Assembly: GCF_006345805.1 (NCBI RefSeq)
Contig: NC_043009.1
Span: 25,854,001-25,918,000, forward strand
Origin: Octopus sinensis
Taxonomy: Eukaryota
DNA length: 64,000 bases
Direction of reading: 5' to 3'
Positions 40,247 to 53,373 of the stretch are shown here, in pieces; the first letter of the stretch is position 1; each line of letters starts with the position of its first letter. Made by a program: the position numbers and the translations under genes. Below the pieces are notes generated by a model, which worked only from the letters and a program-made list of their open reading frames with translations, had not been told where the DNA came from and did no database searches.

Positions 40247-41192
40247 AATTATAAATGAGGGTGAAAAATCGATATTAATTTAATAATACCATTAATTTAA
40301 CACCAAGTGGCTTAGCACAAAAAACTACGGAGAAAATACAAATTTATACATAAATTATTAGAGAGTTATCCACTATGTGGATAACTCTAGTGCTAAAAAT
40401 AGCTCTGAAGCAACCACAGAAGATCTGTTTCCAACTAGAATCAACATACATTTAACGGAAGGAAAGTGAAATACAACGAATAAAATAGATTGACTCTATA
40501 CAATTGTTTCATTACTAATGTAATATGTAGTTTTACTTACACTTACATCTATAAATCTTCGGTAGAGTTTGTCAGAAATGCAATTAATTAGATCGATTCG
40601 AGCGTCAAAAACACGAGCGGTCCAACCAATTACATTTTTAGTTATGTCTCAAATTCCGCGCCAAAAGCATGCCTAGACTCCATTGGAAACGTATGTATAA
40701 ATTTATGTATAAATTTGTATTTTCTCCGTAGTTTTTTGTGCTAAGCCACTTGGTGTTAAATTAATGGTATTATTAAATTAATATCGATTTTTCACCCTCA
40801 TTTATAATTTTATAAATTTAACTACGCGGCAGTCAATATTTTATTTGATGCGGCATACGTTTCCAATGGAGTCTAGGCATGCTTTTGGCGCGGAATTTGA
40901 GACATAACTAAAAATGTAATTGGTTGGACCGCTCGTGTTTTTGACGCTCGAATCGATCTAATTAATTGCATTTCTGACAAACTCTACCGAAGATTTATAG
41001 ATGTAAGTGTAAGTAAAACTACATATTACATTAGTAATGAAACAATTGTATAGAGTCAATCTATTTTATTCGTTGTATTTCACTTTCCTTCGTTAAATGT
41101 ATGTTGATTCTAGTTGGAAACAGATCTTCTGTGGTTGCTTCGGAGCTATTTTTAGCACTAGAGTTATCCACATAGTGGATAACTCTCTAATA

Positions 41193-41197
<5 letters not shown>
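40247..41197. mobile_element. Non-coding hammerhead-bearing element: a permuted partial unit on + joined to a full ~490-nt unit on -, flanked by (TA)n
   Basis: A (40247-40356) + B (40351-40695) on +, then rcA (40700-40809), C (40810-40853) and rcB (40854-41197). Hammerhead variants at 40981-41056 (+) and 40493-40568 (-). Confidence 0.75.
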
Positions 41198-41237
<40 letters not shown>

Positions 41238-41238
<1 letters not shown>

Positions 41239-41452
41239 AAATGAAGAAAATGCTGACAAAATAATTTAAGTAATTTAAGTAATTTAATTAGGTGAAAATT
41301 CTTTTTACCGGTTGCGCATTTGTTATGCTTATCAAAAGTGTTTTTCTTAAGAGGAAAAAACTTTTGATAAGCATAACAAATGCGCAACCGATAAAAAGAA
41401 CTTTCACCTAATTAAATTACTTAAATTATTTTGTCAGCATTTTCTTCATTTC
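41238..41452. repeat. Near-perfect 215-bp palindrome (foldback)
   Basis: GAAATGAAGAAAATGCTGAC...GTCAGCATTTTCTTCATTTC. The left arm has an extra TAATTTAAG unit. Confidence 0.9.
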
Positions 41453-41506
41453 CTTTTTTATATATCACAACTCGTGTTCCACATCTCCTTTTTTAAATAT
41501 ACATAC

Positions 41507-41550
<44 letters not shown>

Positions 41551-41551
<1 letters not shown>

Positions 41552-42260
41552 ATTAAGAATAGAAGGGTAAAATTCATTAATCAAATTAACTAAATAATTA
41601 ATCAAATAATTAATAATTTTACCAAGTACGTTAAAATAACCTTTATAGGTAAAATTATCCACATAATTATAATTAGAGTTCAGTTAATTGCTTCATCACA
41701 CACCGAATTTAGAAATAGGACTTAAAATTCATTTTCTGCTACTATAAGAATCTCCATGACGGTAACATACTTTTTTACGAAGGCAAACAGAAAAACAATG
41801 AATCAACACGACCAGGATTAACTATATACGCGTTTCGAGATTAAAGTGATTTAAATTTTACTTCTCTCTTCAGTATAATATTTCCAATTTATAAAATTTG
41901 AAAGTGCTAGGGCCAAATAGGCACACAATCGAGCGACATCGTGCAACAGATATCCGACCAACACTTCCAAAATTTACAGAGCCGAATGTGAATACACTGT
42001 TCAAAATCCATACCCACGTGTATGCTACGAGCAATACCGCAGAAAACTACAATATTCTATCATGGAGTAAATTATAATTTTAAATCAATAATATAAGGGT
42101 AAAACTTATAAATTTCTTATAGTAGCAGAAAAGGAATAATGCGGATAATTTTACCTATAAAGGTCATTTTAACGTACCGATCTACTTGGTAAAATTATTA
42201 ATTAATTGATTAATTAATCAGTTAAATTGATTAATAAATTTTACCCTTCTATTATTAATT
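41551..42260 (-). mobile_element. Non-autonomous Penelope-like element with ~110-bp inverted ends and an intact hammerhead (41821-41879, -)
   Basis: Inverted arms 41551-41660 and 42143-42260, plus 41732-41750 and 42114-42132. On -: ATTATA-CTGAAGA-GAGA...TCTC-GAAA-CGCGT-A-TATAGT. Confidence 0.7.
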
Positions 42261-43206
42261 TAAATTTGGTATTTCTAGTTTAAAGACGATTGCTAGTGAT
42301 CTGAAGAAAAGGTGTCTGCTATTTCTAACAGGTGGAGTGACTGCATGGAGGATCTCTCACCTTATTGGTTCGTGATAACATTGGTAGCACGCGCCGGACA
42401 AATAGCACGGCGTCATTTCGTCCGGTTTCCTATTATAAGTTCAAATTCTGCGGCAGTCGACTTTGCTTTTTAACCTTTCTAGGTCGATAAATAAATAATG
42501 TACCGGTTAAACACTGGGGTCAATGAAATCGACCAGCAATATTTCAGGCTTTGTGCCTATAGTAGACAGAAAAAAAAGGAAACTTATGCAGATGTAATCG
42601 CGGCTATAATGAAATGCGCGTATTGACATATCGAGAGACAGGATATTGGAGCAGCAAACTTTATAATGGCGATGGTTTATATCCGGTACTGACTTCGATA
42701 TAATTACAGTTTGAATCAACGAGCTTGGCTCTATGTAATCAAATGACATGCGTGAAATAGCAGCTAAACTTCTCTGAAACTATGGTTTCAAATGTTTTCA
42801 AATTTTGGCACAAGACCAGCAATTTCAGGGGAAGGGTAATTCGATTACATCGACCACAGTACGTGACTGGTACTCATTTTATCGGCCCCGAAAGGATAAA
42901 AGGTAAATCCGACCTCGGTGAAATTTGAACTCAGAAAGAAAAGACGAACGAAATGCCGCTAAACATTTTCTTCGGCCTGTTAACGACTCTGCCAGCTCGC
43001 TGTCAAACCTCTGATATTATACCATACCGTCTTACATGGGGGGAACGACTTGTAGAATGTCTTTCGAACAGGGTTGATATAAGGTTAGACAACCATAATG
43101 TAGCCATGAACAAGTCACGTCCATTACGATCAGCGACTCGGTCTGGGTGTCTTAGAAACGGCAGCACTGAAACGAACTCCCTTCTGTGCTGCAGTAAATA
43201 GCGACA

Positions 43207-43545
43207 AGTGGCTGTGTGGGTAACAGAGTTGCTTCCCAATCTTGGTTCAGTCCCATCGCGCGGCATCCTGAGAAAGTATCTTTTATAGAACAAAGTCTTA
43301 TGGGTGGATTTGGTAGACAGAAACTGAAAGAATCTCCTCATGCATGCCTGTGTGTGCGTGTCCCTCACCACACACCGCCTGATAACCGACGATGGTTTGT
43401 TTACGTAACATCACAACTCAGCAAAAAGGACTGATAGACTCAGTACCAGGTTACAAATAAGCATACGTACTGGATCCGGTTCGTTCGACTGAGCCCCTCA
43501 AACGGTGCTCCATCATGGCCATAGGCTAATGACTGAAGACAAAAA
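43207..43545 (+). mobile_element. S1 SINE
   Basis: Aligns to the 48761 copy. Confidence 0.8.
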
Positions 43546-43589
43546 GCTGCTGCACAATTGCCGCCGTCAATTCTTTTTTTCATTCTTTC

Positions 43590-43994
43590 TTTTACTCTTT
43601 TACTTGTTTCAGTCATTTGACTGCGGACATACTGGAGCACCGCCTTTAGTCGAGCAAATCGACCCCAGGACTTATTCTTTGTAAGCCTAGTACTTATTCC
43701 AATCGGTCTCTTTTGCCGAACAGCTAAGTTACGGGGAAATAAACACACCAGCATCGGTTGTCAAGCGATGTTGGAGAGACAAGCACTGACACAAACATAT
43801 ACACACATATGCACATATATATATATATACATATATACGACGGGCTTCTTTCAGTTTCCGTCTACCAAATCCACTCACAAGGCTTTGGTCGGCCCGATGC
43901 TATAGTAGAAGACACTTATCCAAGGTACCACGAAGCAGGATTGAACCCGGAACCATGTGGTTGGTAAGGAAGAACTTACAACACAGCCACTCCT
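43590..43994 (-). mobile_element. S1 SINE, full length
   Basis: Reverse complement of the 48761 copy, with high identity. Confidence 0.9.
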
Positions 43995-44242
43995 CAATAT
44001 ACATTCTCGAAGAATAAAAAAAAATGAAATGACTTTCATGAGAAGGAGCGGAAATTATTTTCCATTAACCCTTTGCTGATAAAATGGGACAGCCATGACA
44101 CCAACAGAGGGCGTCTTGTCTATGTTATTTGTTGCTTGTTATGAATAAAAACTAAGAATATAGTTGTTTGCTTCATGTTAAAAAAAATATTCCCCTGCGA
44201 CACTTGCTATCACTAGTGTGTGTGCGTACATATATACCAAAC

Positions 44243-44300
<58 letters not shown>

Positions 44301-44469
44301 CATACATACGCACATGCACAAATACATGTATGTTTCCGTACAAATGCACATGCGAATACACATATGCATGTGTGCATATATATATTTTGCATATTCACAC
44401 CATATAAATACACACACACAGACACACACATGAGCAAGTATATACACACGTGTATGCATCTATATGTAT

Positions 44470-44471
44470 AC

Positions 44472-44506
<35 letters not shown>

Positions 44507-44513
44507 AAATGTT

Positions 44514-44545
<32 letters not shown>

Positions 44546-44667
44546 AAATGTTTGTATATTTGTGTGTGTATATATGTATATATATTATATATATAATATA
44601 TATCTAAATTGTTTGTATATTTGTGTGTATATATATATATTATATGTATATAAAATGTTTGTATATT

Positions 44668-44709
<42 letters not shown>

Positions 44710-44720
44710 ATATAAAATGT

Positions 44721-44770
<50 letters not shown>

Positions 44771-44900
44771 AAATGTTTGTATATGTGTATATATATATAT
44801 ATATATAATATATATATGTATATAAAATGTTTGTATATGTGTATATATATATATATATAATATATATATATAATATGTATATAAAATGTTTGTATATGTG

Positions 44901-44934
<34 letters not shown>

Positions 44935-44940
44935 TACACA
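44470..44940. repeat. Minisatellite: TAAAATGTTTGTATAT core with variable (TA)n spacers, about 8 units
   Basis: Read directly from the sequence. Confidence 0.85.
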
Positions 44941-45415
44941 TACGTACGTACATGTCTACCTACGTATATATACGTAGGTATATAAGTGTGTATATATATT
45001 TTGCATGCACACATTATATAAATACCTACACACAGATGATCAAGTATATATAGACGTATATGCATGTATATACATACATATATATTTCTCTCTCTTGAAA
45101 TTCTATTCTGTAGCCTAGTTAATTATGTTTTTGTCTGCTGTGATGACAGCGAGGCCTTCGCTATTGAAGCAGCGTTTTTAATTTGGTTATATATCATTAT
45201 ACAATTCAGTGTTACTTTGAAAAGAAAATTACGTTTATGCCGTGAATTAACGACATATCGATTTTCACCAGTTCTTGACGGAATTGAAAATCAATATGAA
45301 GAATTCTGATTAGATACAATACCCCGATGTCTATTGACAATTTCAATAGAGGGGTGTAGATGTGCGTGTGCGAGTGCAAGTGTGTGCGAGAGAGAGAGAG
45401 AGAGAGAGTCTGAAT

Positions 45416-45483
<68 letters not shown>

Positions 45484-46274
45484 CTGAAGGAGTATGTGAG
45501 AGAGAGAGAGAGTGAATGAATGTGAGAGGGAGAGACTGAGTGAGTGTGCGAGTAAGTGAGTGAATCTATTTGTGAGAGTGAGTGAGTGTGCGTGAGTGTA
45601 CGGTGTGCGCTTGAGGAGTGAGGAGTGAGTGGTGAGTGAGGAGTGAGTGAGGAGTGAGTGAAGAGTGAGCGAGTGAGGAGTGAGGGAGTGAGCGAGTGAG
45701 TAGTGAGGAATGAGCGAGTGAGGAATAAGTATGTGTGTGATGCGCGCGTGTGTGCAGTGTGTGTGCACGCGCGTATATGTGTGTGCATATGTGTGTACGC
45801 GCGTGCTATGTGATTGCGTGTGTATGTGGTGCGAGTGCATGGCTGCGTACATGTAAGTGCAGTGAGTGTGGATGTGTATGCAAGCGTGTGCGCGGGGGAG
45901 GGGGGGGTAGTGGTCTATAACACAGGAAAAGGACAAGGATGGCGGCGACGAGAAGTGCGATGAGATGGCAATGATGATGAATTTAGCAGTGATGGCGATG
46001 ATGACAACGACGTTCAGTATGACCTTGGGTGATGATGATGATGACGATGGTAATATGGACGACGAGAAATAAGAATATGACAATGATGATGGTTGTGATG
46101 ACGACGGCAATGGTGAGATCGACAATGACAGCCCTTACGACAAAACCGACGTGATGATATCGCCGACTGGAAGTAAATTAAATGACGATAAGAAAGAAAA
46201 GAAGAAAAAGGAGGAGAAACGCGTGTTCTTTTGAATGTATAGCAAGAACGATGCTGTTAGGATCTTCAAAGTAA

Positions 46275-46317
<43 letters not shown>

Positions 46318-48760
46318 TATTGAATAGGTGTCTGTATTCTGTTTAATCACGTTTCATATCCGTTTGATCCGGATAAAGGTGACGTAGAAGCCAGCTCAAG
46401 TTTTATTGGATAATTCCATTTAAAATTGATTCACAAAAACGGGAGTAAGTGACGGAACGAGTTGTGCATTTGTGTATGTATTTTGTGCGTGTATGTGTGT
46501 GTGTGTGTGTATTTGTGCGCGCATTTGTATGCATGTTTTTTTATGTTTGCAATTGTGTGTGTGTGTTTGTGTATTCATATATGTTTATGTTTATATATGT
46601 TTGTATTTCTGCGCCTGTATATGGGAGTGCATTTGTGCCTCTATGTGTATATGTGTTTGAACTTATTTGTCCGTGCATGTGTGTATGTGCCAGTGCATTT
46701 GTGTGTGTGTGTGTGTGTGCGCGCCCGTGCATGGATATCATTTCAACATGAGCGCATGCATTGGCGATCGGTTAAGTACTTCTCTTCAAAATTACGAGGT
46801 CTTTACTTGGTTCCCAATGCGCTAAGGAATAAAATTCCATCGCCACCCAGACATTATAACAAGAAGGCACAATTCTTCTTTACCTTTTTTTTCTTAACAA
46901 ATACCTATACGATAATGAAACATGCGGATCTTCAAACATTGAACTTTAAAATGTTTACGCAAAACATGAAACTCAGAGTAATCCCGTGTAATCCACAACA
47001 GAATGTGGTTCGGTACTCTGGAGTTTCCATGACAGACTGTCAACTACCGCTTCTGTATACAAAGCCAGTGAGAATTGTTTGAAAAAGTAGTTGAACGCTA
47101 AAGATATTTTATGATAACAGGTTTTTAGAAAATACTTTTTTCTTCCATTAAAAATTATGCATTATACCGAGCATCCTCTCAAAAATGTTTTCACACTTTC
47201 ACAGTTGATAATCCAATTTCCATTTCTTTTTAGAGTTAACAGGTTAAAAACAAAGGAATCAGATCTAGCTTTGAACAGAGGAAATTCATCATTAAGTGCT
47301 ACTTGTACTTTGAAAACTATATCCTTTCAGTTCGTTATATATATGTGTGTGTGTGTGTGTTTGTCCCCCCAGCATCGCTTCACATCTGATGCTGGTGTGT
47401 ATACGTCCCCGTAACTGAGCGGTTCGGTAAAAAGAGACCGATAGAATAAGTATTAGGCTTACAAAGATTAAGTCCTGGGGTCGATTTGCTCGACTAAAAA
47501 AGGTGGTGCTTCAGCATGGCCGCAGTCAAATGACTGAAACAAGTAAAAGAATATATATAGGAGAGAAGAGACAGAGAGAAGGAGATGGATTATTATATCG
47601 ACACTCGAAAGGATAAAAGGCGAAGTTAATTGCGGCAGGATTTGAACTCAGAAAGTGATGAATCAGAACAATTGCTTCTAGGCATTTTTTTCCCGACGTT
47701 CTGACGATCCTGCCGGCTCGTCGTTTCGTAACCATCGCCAAAATAATAAAGCAGAGCTTCTTAGAATACGAAGAGAGAATTAAGAATTTATGAATTCTTA
47801 AAATATTTTTTGTGAACAGCCCATCAATAGAGGAAAACAGTAAGGAATTATTACAGACCAGAGATCACCGGGTTATCTTTGGCGGAAGTACCAGGAGCAG
47901 CGGTGGTGTCAGAGGATGTGGCAACGGTTGATGTAGTAGTGACAGAGTGAGTGAACTACGGCGCTCTTCTGTAATTTGAAAGTAAGGGAGGGATTAGTCG
48001 ATGCTACCAGTGACTTTGCTGGTGCTTTATTTTATCGAACGTAGGGGGATGAAGCGCAAAGTTGGAATCAGCAGGGTTTGAACTCAGAACGTAAATAACC
48101 GAAACCAATAGCGCACAGCATTTATTCCAGCTCTAACGATTCTGCCAATCAACCGCCTTTTAAAATGGTTCCTAATATAGGTACAAAGATAACAGTTTTG
48201 TGTGTGTGGGATGGGACTTTGTGGTTATCTTCACCCATTTTGCTGGATTTGTACTTTATTTTACCTAACCCCGAAGGACGAAAGGCAAAGTTGATCAAGA
48301 CAGGAGCTCAAGTAAAACTGTAAAGAGTCAGAACGAAAGCTGACGCTCAAGGGTTTTTCCAGCTCAACTCTTTCAAAATATTGTTCCTCGTTTTGGCTAA
48401 GGATCAGAAGTTTTGAGAACAAAGATGTTGTCAATATCTCTCTACATCTCTATATATATATTTAAGTAGTTTCATCGTGATTCTATTATTTTTTTACATA
48501 GATTTTGATGCTAGTTGTGCGCAGTCCTTTTGAATATTAAATAAAAGAAGAAAAAAACGAACTAGAGATTAAATAATAATTTTTTTTACTGCTATAGGTA
48601 CAAGGATCGAAATTTTGGTGGAGATGGTAGTCGATTAAATCGACCCCAGTTTTCGAATGGAATTATTTCATCAATCCTGAAAGGCAGTCGACTTCGGCAG
48701 ATTTATGTACTAAATTCAAATTTAGGTACCAAAAAAAAAAAAAAAAGAAATCAACATACA

Positions 48761-48929
48761 GGCGCAGGAGTGGCTGTTTGGTAAGTAGCTTGCTAACCAA
48801 CCACATGGTTCCGGGTTCAGTCCCACTGCGTGGCATCTTGGGCACGTGTCTTCTGCTATAGCCCCGGGCCGACCAATGCCTTGTGAGTGGATTTGGTAGA
48901 CGGAAACTGAAAGAAGCCTGTCGTATATA

Positions 48930-48973
<44 letters not shown>

Positions 48974-49195
48974 TGTGTGTGAATATGTTTGTGTGTCTGT
49001 GTTTGTTCCCCTAGCATTGCTTGACAACCGATGCTGGTGTGTTTACGTCCCCGTAACTTAGCGGTTCGGCAAAAGAGACCGATAGAATAAGTACTGGGCT
49101 TACAAAGAATAAGTCCCGGGGTCGATTTGCTCGACTAAAGGCGGTGCTCCAGCATGGCCGCAGTCAAATGACTGAAACAAGTAAAAAGAGTAAAA
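48761..49195 (+). mobile_element. Full-length S1 tRNA-derived SINE with internal microsatellite (possibly of the octopus OR class)
   Basis: A box-like TGGCTGTTTGG, B box GGTTCAGTCC, CORE-like TCTTGGGCACGTGTC, internal (AT)/(GT), tail GACTGAAACAAGTAAAAAGAG. More than 10 partial copies occur in the window. Confidence 0.9.
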
Positions 49196-49259
49196 AAAGA
49201 GTATACAAAATAGTAAATTTTAAAATTAGAAAATAAAAGAAATTAGAGATCTATTCCTT

Positions 49260-50950
49260 ACCTTGTTATCAATTATGCTGTATTTAAAGAATATTAAAAA
49301 TATCGCGGATGTTTTGACGCAGACACATCAATGTAGGTTTCCGAAAGCATTATAATTAAATCTTTTTAGAAATCCTCAACGTACTTATTTACCCCATAAC
49401 AGTGTACTTGTCCTGTCTCCCGTTGCTCCATTTAGCAATCATTAGTTTATGCTTTTTCTACTGTACTTCTCTGAAGTTCCATGAAAAAAGACCAGCAGTC
49501 ATAATGAATCTCTTTGAAGATCTCATTATTAATTAATATGTTTTGTTATGAGCGTCTTCATTTGTGGCAACAGTTTTTGGTATATTAGTATCGAAAGAAT
49601 TCTGTTATTAACAAACTTCTGTGCCGTAGTTATTTCTAAAGACGACATTCTACTTTTTTTTCTTTTGACCAATCAGAAATGTTCCCAGTATCATTTATTA
49701 TCATATTTAAAATTTGCCTAACGGTTTCAAATTCTGGGTTTATCGGTTTTCTCCTTTCCGCTTTTAAAATCTATTATTTGGTGCCACAAAACGTCGGCAA
49801 AAAATGCATTGCGATAATTCTTTTGGTTCTTAAGATTATGAGATCAAATTCTGTATTTTCCAGTTTCGTCTTCCCTCTTTTAAAATCTATTATTGGTACC
49901 CACAAAGGATCGAAAAAAAGTGCTTTGCAATAATTCTTTTGCGTTCTTTAGATTCTGAGATCAAATCCTGAGGTCGATAAAATAAAATACCAGTCAACTA
50001 CTGGTGTCGATAGTATCGATATTAGTACTTGCCTCTCTTCAAAATTTGCTGGGGTCGCATCATTACCTCCGCGAAGACGGAGGTATTGTTTTCAGTCGTG
50101 TTTGATTGTTTGTTTGTCCGTGGACAAGATATCTCAAGAACCGCTGGATGGATTCGAATGAAACTTTCAGGAATGTTTGGCATGAACTGATTAGATTTTG
50201 GAATAGATCCAGTACCGGACAAGGATTCTGGATTATTTCTTCCTGTATTTTTACTTAATTTTTGAGAGCTGTCGGGTTCATTTTTAGTATTCTCGTTTGT
50301 GAGAGCAGTCGCGTTTATTTCAAGGATTCTCATTTTAAAAGCCATCTCTGGCTAATCGTTGAGAGGACGTTGGTGTTGCCTTGGCAGTGGTTTGCGCCCT
50401 CTGAGTGCTCTTGTTATTAGTATCGATGGTTGGAAAGGGGGTCTCGTTGTTTAGTTTCTTGGTCTGCAATTCAAGAATATTTCTGTGATCATCATGTTTT
50501 GCGGTTTTAACTTGAAATTTTTTAAATTCTTTAATTTTGGTAATAATCTGTTCTGTTTCTCTATTTGTTATAAATTAAAATTAAGTTTCTAGTATTCTTT
50601 TAATTTTTAAATTATTATTTCGTATGAATTGTATTACCTCATTGGGAGGTCGAGGTAGTCCCTTCTTGCAGCTTAACCTGACCCTCCATTTCTTCAGCCC
50701 TTTACTGCCTTCAGCGGAATATCTGCGTTGTTGATAACATTCGGGTCAGATCTCCGGTTCAAACACTAACTTCTCTTTTCTTTTACCAATCTTCGAGGCA
50801 CTACCAAAAACTCAGGTAATTTTTCTCGTTCTTTGATTAACTCCACTGCCAATAAAAAAGTAAAGAAAAAAAAATCACATCCAGCTTCGGATGTTTTGGC
50901 CTTTCTCTCATTTCCTGCGTTCTTTGTTTTTTTTTCATCATTCATATCTT
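49260..50950 (-). pseudogene. Possible heavily decayed Tx1-like LINE (ORF1 and ORF2 remnants) with nested insertions
   Basis: Weak translated similarity only (IKEREKLPEFLVVP...ECYQ) and some ORF2-like residues near 49300-49700. Confidence 0.3.
50062..50415 (+). mobile_element. Non-autonomous Helentron/Helitron2-type (DINE/HINE-like) element
   Basis: 5' TTACCTCCGCGAAGACGGAGGTA stem-loop, GTTT/GTCC microsatellite, GGATGGATTCGAATGAAACTTTCAGG core, and 3' sub-terminal inverted TTGGCAGTGGT followed by TTGCGCCCTCTGAGTGCTCTTGTT. Confidence 0.6.
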
Positions 50951-53278
50951 TTCTCATGTCTTCATGTACTGAGTTCAAATGCCACCAAGGCGGACTTTGC
51001 CTTTCATCCTTTCGAGATCGATAAATAAGTACCAGTCGGGCACTGGGGTCAATGTAATCAAGTAGACCTCACCCCCCAAATTGCTGGCCTTGTACTAAAA
51101 TTTGAAACTATTGTTCATATCTTTATAGATAGTGAGCTGCTAGAATCATTAGCACACCAGACAATAATGCCGAGCGGCATTTCTTCCGGCTTTACGTTCT
51201 GAGTTCAAATTCCACCGAGGTCGACTTAGCTTAGTGTTGATAAAATGAAAATTGGGGTCAATATAAACGACTAGTTCCCTTCCCTCGAATTTCAGGCACC
51301 AGAGCAGCGAACTTCATTAAATACCTTGTGTTTTTTTTCCAACCCTTTTCATTCTGAGTTCAAATCCCGTCGAGATCAACTTTAATATTATTTTTCCACT
51401 TTCCTGACTTTGATAAAATAAAGTACAGGTCTGCTACTGGGGTCGATGTCATCAACTAAACTTTTCCCTTTCAACTTGCTTTGTTCCTAAATTAGAAACC
51501 CATTTTCTTGTTCTTTATTTTTCACCCGCTCCATCTTATGACGATGCTGGTTTTATATTTCAACGAAATCTTGATACATCTTGTCTGATTTGTTTAAAAT
51601 ATTCCCTTATTTTCCACAGAGCCTGGCTATACCTTTTATTATCCACAGTTTTATCCTGATACCTTCTTACACATCACATTAATTATCATGTTTAATTGTT
51701 TAGCCTCAGATCAGCCTCGATTAATCCGACTTGTTTATAAGGTATTCTAGCAACGAGGTCATGTGTCTTTGTATATATAACATTACGTTATCATAAATAT
51801 TCTTCCTTTCATAAAGAGAAGATAGGGATGACTTGAGAGAGATTTGGTTGCTATATCTAGCAAACTGAACGAACTCTTACTGGCTCCTTCTGTGATTATA
51901 ATGCTGTCACTCATTTTTACTTTTAACATGTGTATTAATGTATTTGGCTTGTCCTGTGTATGGCTTTAAACTGGACATGTCAGTAGGGCCCTGCTTCGGG
52001 AAATCCAGGGTTTTGAGGAGCGTGGAATCATCTCTTAGCCACTATTGTTCCTAAGTCTATTCTGATCCAGAAGATTACTTATAGTCACACCAGCGGACCC
52101 TGGATAGATGAGACTGTTCAGTTTTTAGCTGCTCATCTAAAAGAAGGCAACTCTATACAAATCCTGTAACTACAGGGCTCGTGGCAATTGTTGTACCTGG
52201 CCAATACCAGTTCGAAGTTACGAGAGCGTGGGACTGGCCATTATAACAATACTCATCATGCTGGTTGTTCAGAAAAACACAAAAACAAAAAAAACAAGAC
52301 ACCGGTATTAACACCATCACATTTTCTTTAGAACTCCAGTGAGATGGGAAAAGCAGCGACAGAGACAGGTAGAGGATGCTACGGTAACCTATACAACCAG
52401 ATCTTCAAAATCCTGGAAAGGTCTGGATTTCCATGTCACGACTAAGCGTCGAATTAACAACATTACAAAGCTATGTGTAACTGAATGTTTATTTGCTGAA
52501 GCGAGTAGATAGTCACGAATGAATATGGAAGACGAAGGTGAAGTGTCTAGAGATAAGCTTTCGTTTATTGGAATCGGTGTAAATTTACTAGTTGTTGTAT
52601 CGATTACTTTACTGAATGTTGCAGATATCTTATTACTAATCAGTTATTTCAAAGTTTCAACGATATTTCATCTTAAATATCTAAGACCATTCTCTGATAT
52701 TCCCAGCCTGATATTCGAGTTATTTTCTCAAACCTTAAACTTCACGACCCGAAGCTACAATTTATAATACAGCTTGCTGCAACAAAATTATTGAGTTATA
52801 TTGAAATCCCTCATGGCTCTATTGCGTTCACTACTCGCTGTCTGTCATATTTTGCATTGTATTTATCATTTGCTGTGTCATAATATTATATCGTTGGCAA
52901 ATAAACAAACAACTAGAATGTCTTAAATTACACTTGTAAGTAACATGGAAACAATACCAAAATAAAGCGTTTAACAATGTGTAAGGTATAGTATATTGCT
53001 TCAGGATAGAGTTAACGTTATTAAAGGGCGGCGTTTGTCAATGAATGCCTCATAGCTGTTGTTTAACACAGAGTTTGCCCTGATCAAGTCAGACAAATGA
53101 TGAAAGGCATCCAAGCTGTAGAATGTCTTTCATCTTTATATTTCAGGCATTGTGTATCTTGGAGTATGTTATTCAATGTATCCTACTTAAGACGCTAGAT
53201 AGTGCTTTGATTCGGAAAAATTTAATTGTTATTTCAACAAGCTCATGTAACTACAAAGAGATTACCTAATATCTATCC

Positions 53279-53370
<92 letters not shown>

Positions 53371-53373
<3 letters not shown>

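Noticed and set aside
40362-40388. TTATCCAC inverted pair resembling DnaA boxes
   Set aside because: Eukaryotic repeat context; it is simply a hairpin within the hammerhead-bearing element.
45343-46230. 260-aa ORF and an Asp-rich stretch on +
   Set aside because: Decayed (GAT)n/(GAGT)n low-complexity sequence with an in-frame stop and no convincing splice signals.
47850-47960. Ser/Thr-rich reading frame on - (SVTTTSTVATSSDTTAAP)
   Set aside because: Bounded by stops with no good acceptor, and it lies among SINE fragments.
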